A stretch of DNA of 64,000 nucleotides, taken from the sequence record OR538032.1; one strand, given 5' to 3'. A program made the position numbers and the translations under genes. Below are positions 38,516 through 47,418 of this stretch, piece by piece; positions within the stretch are counted from its first letter, which is position 1, and every line of letters starts with the position of its first letter. The notes under the pieces are model-generated. The model made no database searches, was not told the DNA's origin, and saw only the letters and a program-made list of their open reading frames with translations.

Positions 38516-38700
38516 TGCGTAGGCATGAAATTCAAGAACTAGTTGAGCGTCGCGGGTTTGAATTTCGCGAAGCAATCAATGAATACAGCGAATCACGTTG
38601 GCAAGTCATCGACAATGGTACAGTGGTCTACGAATCATACAATGAATACTGCATTGAAGCATTCTTGCTTGGCGTAGATTACATCACAGACGCAATTTAA
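38512..38700 (+). CDS. hypothetical protein
   Basis: Coupled ORF. Confidence 0.7.
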   Translation: MMRRHEIQELVERRGFEFREAINEYSESRWQVIDNGTVVYESYNEYCIEAFLLGVDYITDAI

Positions 38701-38720
38701 GCCGCATTTCGCGGCTTTTT
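38700..38720 (+). terminator. intrinsic terminator
   Basis: AGCCGC-ATTTC-GCGGCT-TTTT. Confidence 0.8.
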
Positions 38721-38729
38721 GAGGTTCAT

Positions 38730-39032
38730 ATGAAGAAACAAATATTAAACATTCAGCGCGACGATGCGAAATTCGAGCTATATCGTCAAGGTCAAGCTGC
38801 ACGTCATGCACGTGCTGAAATCATCCGACACGTTGCGAAGAATCATAACCCATTTCTAGTTGGTCAATACACGCTTTACAAAGAGCACGACGTGAAAATC
38901 GTTCGTCAGTTGCTGCGTTATGCTGAGATAGATGCTGATGTGCGAGTTGTCCCTACGATTGGTCGTTTACCAGACTGTTTGAACGAAATTCACGGAATCG
39001 GGTTCGAGGTAACGCTAAATAATGATAGTTAA
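38730..39032 (+). CDS. hypothetical protein
   Basis: SD GAGG. Confidence 0.7.
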   Translation: MKKQILNIQRDDAKFELYRQGQAARHARAEIIRHVAKNHNPFLVGQYTLYKEHDVKIVRQLLRYAEIDADVRVVPTIGRLPDCLNEIHGIGFEVTLNNDS

Positions 39033-39306
39033 CATTGCTCATCATTCTTTTGATGTGTACATTGGTCGCGGCACACCGTTCGGAAATCCATTCAAAGCAG
39101 GGATCGACGGCACTCGGAGCGAAGTTATTGAGCTTTATCGAGAGTGGTTGCGCATTCAATTACAAGACGACGAATTTAAAAAGCAGTTTATGCAACTAAA
39201 AGGAAAGATTCTCGGCTGTCATTGTAAGCCAAAAGCGTGCCATGGCGATGTAATTCTCGAAGAACTTGATAGATTGAGCAGCCCACTAAACAATTTTATA
39301 GGTTAA
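39022..39306 (+). CDS. DUF4326-like protein
   Basis: DVYIGRGTPFGNPF, LKGKILGCHCKPKACHGDVI. Confidence 0.8.
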   Translation: MIVNIAHHSFDVYIGRGTPFGNPFKAGIDGTRSEVIELYREWLRIQLQDDEFKKQFMQLKGKILGCHCKPKACHGDVILEELDRLSSPLNNFIG

Positions 39307-39309
39307 TCT

Positions 39310-39603
39310 ATGAGAGAAGCAATTGCATTATTAAGCAACACGAGAATGGGATATACTGACATTAGCGCATTTGGCGATCCAGTATTATATGTTCATGCGG
39401 GACATGAGACGGTATTAAAAGTGCAATACACTGAAGATTGCTACTCATTTTACGACTACAGAAGCAAGTATCTTTATACAGAGCAGTCCATCGACGACTT
39501 AGAGATACATTTGAAATCAATAGATGTCGGGTTAGACGATGATCTACCGTTAAATGGGAACATCGACAAAGACACGATACCAGACGGGGAATTTTTAGAA
39601 TGA
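39310..39603 (+). CDS. hypothetical protein
   Basis: ORF. Confidence 0.65.
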   Translation: MREAIALLSNTRMGYTDISAFGDPVLYVHAGHETVLKVQYTEDCYSFYDYRSKYLYTEQSIDDLEIHLKSIDVGLDDDLPLNGNIDKDTIPDGEFLE

Positions 39604-40520
39604 AGTTTAGTGAATATCAAAGAATAAACGAATCTCTGGATCGCCCTGCCAATTATAAACTGGTTAGAGAACTCCCAAACTTAAACGTGTATGCGTTTCA
39701 AGTTGATGGTGTTTATTATGAAATAGACATTCAGAAATCAAACATACGAGAGCCTAATGGGATGCAGTCAATGAAAGCTGAAGTCTCATTCAAAGCACTC
39801 GACGGTAGTGGTTATCAACTAACCAAAAAAGACGATAAAACGGCACGAATTGTACTATCAACCGTAGTTGATGCTATCTTCAGCTTCGTACGCGAATACA
39901 ATCCTGCTCAAATATTATATTCTGCATTCAACGATGCTGATCCGTCAGATGCGGCTAAACGACTTCGTTTATATCAGATCATGACTAAAGCAAAACTGCG
40001 TGAATTCCCCGAATATGATTTCCGAAACGTTGGGCGTGATTTCATCGTATACGATGTCAATTACCAAAAACGAGTCGAGGAATTTTCAAGAAGAGCACGT
40101 AGACCAGTGGGATATGAAGAAAGATCAGACCACGTTGAAGTGAATTTATCACATGCCAACGCCTTTGCGTTTATACGAGCGTTTGGGGTAAATGAAGGCG
40201 ACTCGAAGAGCGGCGTACTAGGTAAAGGTCGAGCTTTCGTAGGAGCAACAAACGAAATTAAAGCACGTCTGAGAGTAGATCGTGTGGTGTATGAAATGTC
40301 TGACAGAGAAGGGTGGCTTGCGGCTCTTCAGCACCCTATTTTTGACTATGGCGAGGGTCCTGAAGTTGATCGAACATATCTAGTCGGGGCATTTAAAAAC
40401 TTCTATATCGTGTTGACTAGTCAAACAAGTCTAAAAATATACACCGATGATGCTGCGTTTACAAAATATGTGAATGCTTTCGACGCGCCATGGTTAAACC
40501 CAGAAATAATGGAATCTTAA
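39600..40520 (+). CDS. putative internal head protein, family member C
   Basis: MKFSEYQRINESLDRPA; YSAFND.D..DA.KRLRLY. Confidence 0.75.
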   Translation: MKFSEYQRINESLDRPANYKLVRELPNLNVYAFQVDGVYYEIDIQKSNIREPNGMQSMKAEVSFKALDGSGYQLTKKDDKTARIVLSTVVDAIFSFVREYNPAQILYSAFNDADPSDAAKRLRLYQIMTKAKLREFPEYDFRNVGRDFIVYDVNYQKRVEEFSRRARRPVGYEERSDHVEVNLSHANAFAFIRAFGVNEGDSKSGVLGKGRAFVGATNEIKARLRVDRVVYEMSDREGWLAALQHPIFDYGEGPEVDRTYLVGAFKNFYIVLTSQTSLKIYTDDAAFTKYVNAFDAPWLNPEIMES

Positions 40521-40522
40521 AA

Positions 40523-41374
40523 ATGAAATTTAGCGAATATCAAAACGAGCTAACGGAAGCATTTGATCGACCTGCACAGATCACAGCACGTCGTGGCAAT
40601 CAGAGTTTTTTCATGATTGGTGACACTGAGTACATGGTCGGGTTGTATTACGACGACTCGAAAAAATCACTCGGAGTTGACTTCATGCATAAGCCAGGTG
40701 ATTCAGCAACGTACCACTACAGCTTAGCCAAAGGCAACTCAAAAGACGCCATGACTGTTTTTGCAACCGTGATTGCAGAAATCAAGCGACTTATGAACGA
40801 CAAACCGGTCAATCGAATCAGCTTCAGTGCGTTTCAAGACTCTGACAGTTCAGATGCTAAAAAGCGTTTTCGATTGTACAAGCGCATGGCAGAACGCTTC
40901 AGCAAAGAACTCGGGTTCAGAATGACCACTTATGGTGATTCTTTCGTATTGACACGTGTAAACCCTGTTGCAGTCAACGTAGAAGAACCAACTGGTTATG
41001 ATACAGCGTGGGGTACTGAAATGCTCGATCTGCGTGAAGTCAACGACGCTGCAATTGCCAAAGTCACAGAAGGTGATGGTGAATGGCGTTTGAATAACTG
41101 GAACAAGCTGATTGTTCGCAACGGAAAAGTAACGCTAACATCGGGTCCAATTCGAATGTCAGACGCTTGGTACGATGCGTTTTACGACTTAGAATGGTAT
41201 CACGATGAAGAAGGCGAACAATGGTTCGATGATGAACAGAAGATCGCGATCATCAATGGTAAAGTTTGGGTCGTCAATGACATGGAAATTACTATTTGGC
41301 CAAGTATTGAGAAATTAGAATTGCAAAGTGACTCGGAATTATCAAGCGGGACACGTCAATTGCTTGGATATTAA
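40523..41374 (+). CDS. putative internal head protein, family member D
   Basis: MKFSEYQNELTEAFDRPA; FSAFQD.D..DAKKRFRLYKRMAER. Confidence 0.75.
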   Translation: MKFSEYQNELTEAFDRPAQITARRGNQSFFMIGDTEYMVGLYYDDSKKSLGVDFMHKPGDSATYHYSLAKGNSKDAMTVFATVIAEIKRLMNDKPVNRISFSAFQDSDSSDAKKRFRLYKRMAERFSKELGFRMTTYGDSFVLTRVNPVAVNVEEPTGYDTAWGTEMLDLREVNDAAIAKVTEGDGEWRLNNWNKLIVRNGKVTLTSGPIRMSDAWYDAFYDLEWYHDEEGEQWFDDEQKIAIINGKVWVVNDMEITIWPSIEKLELQSDSELSSGTRQLLGY

Positions 41375-41378
41375 TCAG

Positions 41379-41403
41379 AAAGGTAGCTTCGGCTACCTTT
41401 TTT
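41379..41403 (+). terminator. intrinsic terminator
   Basis: AAAGGTAGC-TTCG-GCTACCTTTTTT. Confidence 0.9.
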
Positions 41404-41424
41404 CGTTTTCAGAGCAAAAAACGG

Positions 41425-41453
41425 TTGCATGAAATGCTCAAAACCCCTATTAT
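41425..41453 (+). promoter_or_regulatory. class I promoter
   Basis: TTGCAT-N17-TATTAT, ATCGAAACGA at 41460. Confidence 0.75.
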
Positions 41454-41483
41454 AGCTTCATCGAAACGAAAGAGGAAAACGAA

Positions 41484-41783
41484 ATGGATGTAACATCAAA
41501 ACTTGAATTGTCGATGAAAGAATTCGTTGACGTTCCATACAACGAGCACAAAACTCATTCTCTTGTTGGTCAAGCAAGTGAGCACATTAACTCGTACTAC
41601 AATAATCCGGGTGAAATCGTGACTTCAAACGTCATGTACGTTGAAATCAACGGTGGTATTGTGTATGCTGTAACGCACTCTAAGAGTCGCTACCAGCTAA
41701 CCAATGTGTCTCATGATGAGATTGCACAAATGGTTAAAGCCGCAAGCGAACGCGGGATTAATATTCCGCTTTACAAAAACTAG
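41484..41783 (+). CDS. early hypothetical protein
   Basis: SD GAGG. Confidence 0.75.
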   Translation: MDVTSKLELSMKEFVDVPYNEHKTHSLVGQASEHINSYYNNPGEIVTSNVMYVEINGGIVYAVTHSKSRYQLTNVSHDEIAQMVKAASERGINIPLYKN

Positions 41784-41843
41784 AAAAATTGCTTTAATAC
41801 AAACTGATTCACTACTTTTGATTACTTTTGAGAGAAATATATT

Positions 41844-42158
41844 ATGACTACTATCGTAAACTTCACTGCTGCAATCGAACTAACTACTAAAGCTCTTGTT
41901 GAAACTAACCGTATCGAGGGTCGTTTCTACAACTCACGCATCGGTCACGAGCAAGGTGAGCAAGCGAAAACTGACGCAGTTCGAGCGTTCAAAGTAATCG
42001 ACAACAAAGTATATGCTGAAACTCGCAACTGCGTGTTCCATCTTCGCAATCTGTCTGCTCTTGCCCTAGCTGACTTCAATACTATCAACGCACCAGTGTA
42101 CATGAAGAAAGCCGATGCTGAGTTCGACGAAATGGTTAAATCAGCCCTGTTCTCGTAA
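41844..42158 (+). CDS. hypothetical protein
   Basis: GAGAG RBS. Confidence 0.75.
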   Translation: MTTIVNFTAAIELTTKALVETNRIEGRFYNSRIGHEQGEQAKTDAVRAFKVIDNKVYAETRNCVFHLRNLSALALADFNTINAPVYMKKADAEFDEMVKSALFS

Positions 42159-42610
42159 TGTACCCGAAGAATAAAAGCTATTATGACTTGGTGTATCTTG
42201 ACATCGCCAAGTCATTTGCTAAGAAAAGCACCTGCAAACAGAAGCAAGTAGGTGCTGTCATCGTCAAGAATGATCGCATTATCTCACACGGTTACAATGG
42301 TACGCCGTCAGGCATGCTTCACTGTAAAGATACCGCTGACTTCGGTGATCTAACTCACCGTCAATGGTCAGAAATTCACGAGATTCATGCTGAACAAAAC
42401 GCGATTTGCTACGCTGCACGCGCTGGCATATCTACTGAAGGCGCGACTATGTACGTCACAGCGTCGCCGTGTCATAACTGTGCCAAGCTGATAGTCGCGG
42501 CTGGTATCAAAATTCTCATTGTAGGTTCGATTTACAGCGGTTCGCAACCCGATTGGTGGCACTGGCTACGTGATCGCGGTGTGAAAGTTATTATGTTCGA
42601 AGACGAATAA
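42158..42610 (+). CDS. cd: dCMP deaminase
   Basis: QVGAVIV, GYNG, HAEQNAI, SPCHNC. Confidence 0.93.
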   Translation: MYPKNKSYYDLVYLDIAKSFAKKSTCKQKQVGAVIVKNDRIISHGYNGTPSGMLHCKDTADFGDLTHRQWSEIHEIHAEQNAICYAARAGISTEGATMYVTASPCHNCAKLIVAAGIKILIVGSIYSGSQPDWWHWLRDRGVKVIMFEDE

Positions 42611-42611
42611 T

Positions 42612-42640
42612 GTTTAATATAAGTAATTCGGACTTATAAT
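42612..42640 (+). promoter_or_regulatory. class II promoter
   Basis: G-TTTAAT-N16-TATAAT. Confidence 0.6.
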
Positions 42641-42664
42641 AGAGCTTTAACAAGAGAGAAACAT

Positions 42665-43591
42665 ATGAAAAGTACAATGTTTTTGAACAACATCACATGC
42701 ATCGACCATGCATGGGTTGATGATATGGGTGAAATGAATGGTAATAGCTACAATCTATGTGTAGAAATTACCGGTGAAGTTGACGAGACTGAACAAGTTG
42801 TTATTGATTTCAGTGGTTGTAAGAAAGCAATCAAACATCTTGTGGATGATTCTGAATTCGCCATTGATCATCGTCTAGTCGTCGTTGACGGGTTTAGTGA
42901 TGCAGTTCTTTCTCAAGTCGAAGATCGACTACGCATTCAAATCGACACGCCGGTCTTTCATGCAGTGTCCACGGTTGACGACTGGTATCAAGTCATCAAG
43001 CCGAGCGAATTGATTGAAGCCGACTTTAAAATCCCTAGCGATTCTCTGTACATGTCGTATGTTACTGAGTATCTTGAAGATATGCTGCTTGAACAGCTAC
43101 GCAAGCAAGGTTATCCCGTTACACACGTCGCTGTAGAGCTTTCAGAGTCGTTTGACTTACCATCATGGGCAAACAGTCACGTTGAATTCAATTACGCTCA
43201 CGGACTGCGTTCAAGCACATCATACGGATGTCAGAACATTGCACACGGTCATCGTTCATTCATTGCAGTAGATCAGCATTTGAACAGTAACGGTCGCAAG
43301 GTGCTGAAGCGCATTGCTAAAGAAATGAGCGGTTATATTGCTTGGTCAGAAAACATTCGCAAAGAAGATGAAGTGTCTTACACTTCAAAACGCGGCAACT
43401 TCTACTTGAGACACAGCAATATCAAAGTAATCCCGACGGAAACTACAGTCGAAAATCTAGCCAATTACATTGCAACTACATACGAAGAAGAGTTCCAACG
43501 AATGGGAGTTCAGCGTGTGTGGGTATCTGAGGGTCTATCAAAAGGCTCGGTTGTAGACATCAAAATCAACAAAGAATTGCTCTATAAGTAA
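42665..43591 (+). CDS. queD: 6-carboxytetrahydropterin synthase-like, tandem T-fold
   Basis: VIDFSGCKK, IDH, CQNIAHGH, TTVENLA; cluster context. Confidence 0.8.
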   Translation: MKSTMFLNNITCIDHAWVDDMGEMNGNSYNLCVEITGEVDETEQVVIDFSGCKKAIKHLVDDSEFAIDHRLVVVDGFSDAVLSQVEDRLRIQIDTPVFHAVSTVDDWYQVIKPSELIEADFKIPSDSLYMSYVTEYLEDMLLEQLRKQGYPVTHVAVELSESFDLPSWANSHVEFNYAHGLRSSTSYGCQNIAHGHRSFIAVDQHLNSNGRKVLKRIAKEMSGYIAWSENIRKEDEVSYTSKRGNFYLRHSNIKVIPTETTVENLANYIATTYEEEFQRMGVQRVWVSEGLSKGSVVDIKINKELLYK

Positions 43592-43604
43592 TCAACAAAT
43601 TAAT

Positions 43605-43634
43605 GTTTAGTAGCACGTCTCGGCGTGCTATTAT
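43605..43634 (+). promoter_or_regulatory. class II promoter with internal hairpin
   Basis: G-TTTAGT-N17-TATTAT; IR TAGCACG/CGTGCTA. Confidence 0.6.
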
Positions 43635-43659
43635 TGTTTTCTATCAATGAGGAAATAGA

Positions 43660-44328
43660 ATGTTAGACAAAAATAAAGTAGATCCAGTACTTGGACAAAA
43701 AGTTGAAGCGCATCTTCGTAAAATCGGGATGCACACGCCGACTGTTGAAAACGGTCTAACTGATGATGAAAAGAAAGCTATTCTTGAAGATCGTTTCACT
43801 GACATCATGCAAGCTCTTGGTCTTGACTTATCAGACGATTCATTAGTTGATACTCCGAAGCGTTGGGCTAAGATGATGGTGAATGAGCTTATGAGCGGTC
43901 TATCGCCAGATATGTTCCCGAAATGTACTGCTGTAGACAACAAGATGAACTACGATCAGATGGTTTGTGAAAAAGGAATTACTGTTCTTTCTCAGTGTGA
44001 GCATCACATCGTAACAATCGACGGCTTTGCCACTGTCGCATACATTCCGAAGAACAAAGTTCTTGGTCTGTCGAAAATGAATCGCATCGTTGAGTACTTC
44101 GCTCGTCGTCCGCAGATTCAAGAACGTCTGACTGTTCAAATCGCTGAAGCACTGAAGTTCATTCTTGAAACTGAAGACGTAGCGGTATTGATCGACGCCA
44201 AACACTATTGCGTGAAAGCACGCGGTGTTGAAGATAACAACTCAAGCACAGTGACTAGCCACTTATCTGGTGCTTTCCGTAACGAACCAGAGGCTCGCGC
44301 TGAGTTTATGTCACTTGCACGAGGGTAA
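43660..44328 (+). CDS. folE: GTP cyclohydrolase I
   Basis: DTPKRWAKM, SQCEHH, GLSKMNR, RPQIQERLT, HYCVKARG. Confidence 0.97.
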   Translation: MLDKNKVDPVLGQKVEAHLRKIGMHTPTVENGLTDDEKKAILEDRFTDIMQALGLDLSDDSLVDTPKRWAKMMVNELMSGLSPDMFPKCTAVDNKMNYDQMVCEKGITVLSQCEHHIVTIDGFATVAYIPKNKVLGLSKMNRIVEYFARRPQIQERLTVQIAEALKFILETEDVAVLIDAKHYCVKARGVEDNNSSTVTSHLSGAFRNEPEARAEFMSLARG

Positions 44329-44331
44329 TTG

Positions 44332-45708
44332 ATGATAATTGAATACGTTATGTCTGCGACGGGTCATGCTCGTCTCGGCGCAGCACATAAGCTAATGGAC
44401 GTGGTTGACACGTCCTATTTGCGCGACATTTTAAATGCAGCGCAAGATCTCGACGGCGTTCACAAAATCAGTATGCTGTACAATGCATATACTGAAAAGA
44501 AAGTCGGTCATCAAATCAATGACTTGTTCGGTGATTCTGTATACAAGGTACACGTCGATTCGGGTGGTCTACAGATAGTCAACTTGGGTTTAGAGAACAC
44601 GCCCGAACTTCGCAAAGCAGTATACGAGAATCAAGCAGAATCTGGTGATATTGGCATGTGTTTTGACGAAATCCCATTGCACAACGAAGCAAAGGGTGGT
44701 GGCGCTGCTCGTATCAACACGAAAGACAAGGTCTTCATGTATGATCTAGCGTACAAGTACGGCGTCAAAACAGGTAAGAACATTCGCGCACAAATCGAAA
44801 CTTATATCGAGAAGGGTAGCAAATGCAAACCGTATATCATCTTACAAGGCAACTCAGACGACGACTTTAAAGCATTCAGTGACGGGATTATGTCTCAACT
44901 CGAAGGCGTTGAAGATCACATTGCTGGTTGTGCTGCTGCCGATACATGCATTGGTAATGGCGTACGTGAGTCTATCGACATGATGAGCGTCATTCCGAAA
45001 CTCAACATCCCAGAGAAAGCAAAGAAATCAGTGCATATGCTGGGAGTTGGCTCAGTTAAACGTCTATTGCCTGCTGTAGCACTTATCAGAAGTGGTTATT
45101 TTGGTGATGACTTTCATATCAGCTATGACTCATCAACGCATACTGGATGTCTGACTAACCGAGAATACACAGACAAGCTTGGTCGCCGTCGTAAAATCTC
45201 AGGTCACGGAATTATGAAAGATGGTAAGAAATTGCCTTCTCGTGAGCTTGATGAAATGCTAGATGAAGTGTGGGGTCGATTCGGTCATACTCTACCGCGT
45301 AGCAAAGAAGAGTTCAAGGAATTCGCGACACGTCTGTGGTTGAAAGAACTCGACAAAGAAACAATGACTGACGAAGATATTGTGTTTGAAGTTGCTTGCA
45401 ACTTGTGTATAATCTTATCACAAGTCAACAACTTTCAAGCGATTATCTCTGAAACGTTTGACTTGAATACGCCAAAAGCTGCTGATTTGTCAGCGTTCTT
45501 CGGTGGTTCTATTGAGAAAAAAGAGCCGCAAGAGGGATTCAAGAAGTGGTCAGCGATTCGTCGTCTTGATGTTCTTGATAAACTACTTGACGTTAAAACT
45601 ATCGAAGCATATGATCGCTGGCACAGTAGCTATGTTGATAGACTACCGTCAATGCGCATTCGTCGCGGCACAACTGCTGAATTCCCAGCTTTCAAAGAAC
45701 AAGAATAG
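44332..45708 (+). CDS. TGT-fold guanine transglycosylase (DpdA-like)
   Basis: VDSGGLQ, MCFDEIP, ILQGN, VHMLGVG, YDSSTH; embedded in the que cluster. Confidence 0.75.
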   Translation: MIIEYVMSATGHARLGAAHKLMDVVDTSYLRDILNAAQDLDGVHKISMLYNAYTEKKVGHQINDLFGDSVYKVHVDSGGLQIVNLGLENTPELRKAVYENQAESGDIGMCFDEIPLHNEAKGGGAARINTKDKVFMYDLAYKYGVKTGKNIRAQIETYIEKGSKCKPYIILQGNSDDDFKAFSDGIMSQLEGVEDHIAGCAAADTCIGNGVRESIDMMSVIPKLNIPEKAKKSVHMLGVGSVKRLLPAVALIRSGYFGDDFHISYDSSTHTGCLTNREYTDKLGRRRKISGHGIMKDGKKLPSRELDEMLDEVWGRFGHTLPRSKEEFKEFATRLWLKELDKETMTDEDIVFEVACNLCIILSQVNNFQAIISETFDLNTPKAADLSAFFGGSIEKKEPQEGFKKWSAIRRLDVLDKLLDVKTIEAYDRWHSSYVDRLPSMRIRRGTTAEFPAFKEQE

Positions 45709-45726
45709 CGCCTTCGGGCGCTCTTT
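45708..45726 (+). terminator. weak UUCG terminator inside the que cluster
   Basis: GCGCC-TTCG-GGCGC-TCTTT. Confidence 0.55.
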
Positions 45727-45737
45727 ATGAGGTAAAC

Positions 45738-46646
45738 ATGAGCAATTATGATCAAGTTTCAGCTATTGCTGCTGAACATTTAGGTAAAAAAGCTGGCGAT
45801 TACAGCGATTTCGTTGACATCGTAGAAGTTCGCCCTGATTTACTCGTGCCAATCCCGCGTGAACTGAATCGAACTGACTACGGTATCACAAATGAAGACT
45901 TTGCAGGGTTTGATACGTGGCATGGCTTCGAAGTTTCTGCACTGACTGAACAAGGTCTGCCTGTATCAGGCATGGCTAAAGTAGTGTATCCGAGTGATTC
46001 ACCGAACATCGTTGAAAGTAAATCAATGAAACTGTACTGGAACAGCTTCAACATGGCTAAAGTCGCTGCGACTCGTGCTGAAGTGAAAGATGCAATTGAA
46101 GCAATCGCGTCGCGTGATCTATCTGAAGTCATCGGTGCGCCTGTTCAAGTAAGTTTCTTCACTGAAAAACTAACTCAACCGCATGGTATGACTGGCTTTG
46201 CTGAACTCGACAAATATGTTTCTGAATCGACTGTGTTTGACTCTGAGAGTGGTGCTGACGCTGATCTATTGCAAGAGTCGCACATCAAGAAACTGAAAGT
46301 GTTCACGCCTAATCTGCGTTCAAACTGTCGCGTTACACATCAACCCGACTTCGGTGATTTGTACGTATACATGAGCGGCGAAAAGACTCCGACTGTTGAT
46401 AGTCTGATGCAATACATCGTTTCTTTCCGCAAAGAGAATCATTTCCATGAAGAATGCGTTGAAATGATTTACAAAGCGTTGCTTGACAAGTTCGACCCGA
46501 CTGAACTGATGGTCACAGCGTTATACACACGTCGCGGTGGATGGAATATCTGTCCAGCACGAGCGACACACGAAGAGCTATTGCCAGAAGCACTTGGTAG
46601 TAAATCTGTCTCGCACACTAACGGAAGTTGTTTATTCCGTCAGTAA
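45738..46646 (+). CDS. queF: preQ0 nitrile reductase, class II (two-domain) QueF
   Basis: ESKSMKLYWNSF (QueF motif), RSNCRVTHQPDFG, FHEECVE, YTRRGG. Confidence 0.93.
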   Translation: MSNYDQVSAIAAEHLGKKAGDYSDFVDIVEVRPDLLVPIPRELNRTDYGITNEDFAGFDTWHGFEVSALTEQGLPVSGMAKVVYPSDSPNIVESKSMKLYWNSFNMAKVAATRAEVKDAIEAIASRDLSEVIGAPVQVSFFTEKLTQPHGMTGFAELDKYVSESTVFDSESGADADLLQESHIKKLKVFTPNLRSNCRVTHQPDFGDLYVYMSGEKTPTVDSLMQYIVSFRKENHFHEECVEMIYKALLDKFDPTELMVTALYTRRGGWNICPARATHEELLPEALGSKSVSHTNGSCLFRQ

Positions 46647-46701
46647 TAAGAGCTATGATGAGTGTTCAATTGTGAGCACTCATATACTTGAGAGGTTAAA
46701 A

Positions 46702-47418
46702 ATGAAAGTAGTATCTGTTCTAAGCGGTGGCTTGGACTCAACAATCCTTACGTACAAACTAGTTGACGAATTCGGCAAAGACAATGTGTTTGCATTATCG
46801 TTCTACTACGGTCAAAAACAGTCGATTGAGCTAGAAAAAGCTAAATTGACTTGTCAAAAGCTCGGCATCGAGCATCGTCTAATTGACATTTCATTCTTAG
46901 GTGAAGTCGTCGCGCCAGTCTGTGCGAATATCGCTGGTTCAGATGTTGCTATGCCAACTATTCAAGATGTTCTCGGTGACCCTCAGCCACCAACTGAAGT
47001 TCCATATCGTAACATGCTATTGAACACAATCGCGTTCTCATTCGCACAAGCAAATGGTTGTTCAGCGGTGTTTACGGGTATTCAAGTGCATGACGCATAT
47101 GGTTATTGGGACTGCACGCAAGATTTTCTTGACGGTATGAACAAAATTTCAGCACTGAATCGTCAACACGAAATCACATTACATGCGCCGTTCGCTCAAA
47201 TGTCAAAAGCTGATGAAATCGCTATCGGTGTTGAGCTTGGTGTGCCGTTCGAGGATAGTCTGACTTGTTACGACCCGAACGAAGCTGGCGAAAGCTGTGG
47301 TAAATGTCCGTCGTGTGCTGAACGCATCATGAACTTCGGCAAAGCTGGTATAGTCGATCCTGCGCCTTACTCAATTGACATCCCGTGGAAGCAAGTATTT
47401 GCTAAGGCAGGTCATTAA
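46702..47418 (+). CDS. queC: 7-cyano-7-deazaguanine synthase
   Basis: SGGLDS, YGQK..EL, VPYRN, YWDC, CY...CGKCPSC. Confidence 0.95.
   Translation: MKVVSVLSGGLDSTILTYKLVDEFGKDNVFALSFYYGQKQSIELEKAKLTCQKLGIEHRLIDISFLGEVVAPVCANIAGSDVAMPTIQDVLGDPQPPTEVPYRNMLLNTIAFSFAQANGCSAVFTGIQVHDAYGYWDCTQDFLDGMNKISALNRQHEITLHAPFAQMSKADEIAIGVELGVPFEDSLTCYDPNEAGESCGKCPSCAERIMNFGKAGIVDPAPYSIDIPWKQVFAKAGH

Noticed and set aside
44332-45708. Calling the TGT-fold gene a canonical tRNA tgt
   Set aside because: No CxCxxC zinc site is visible and the sequence is highly diverged; the substrate cannot be assigned from sequence
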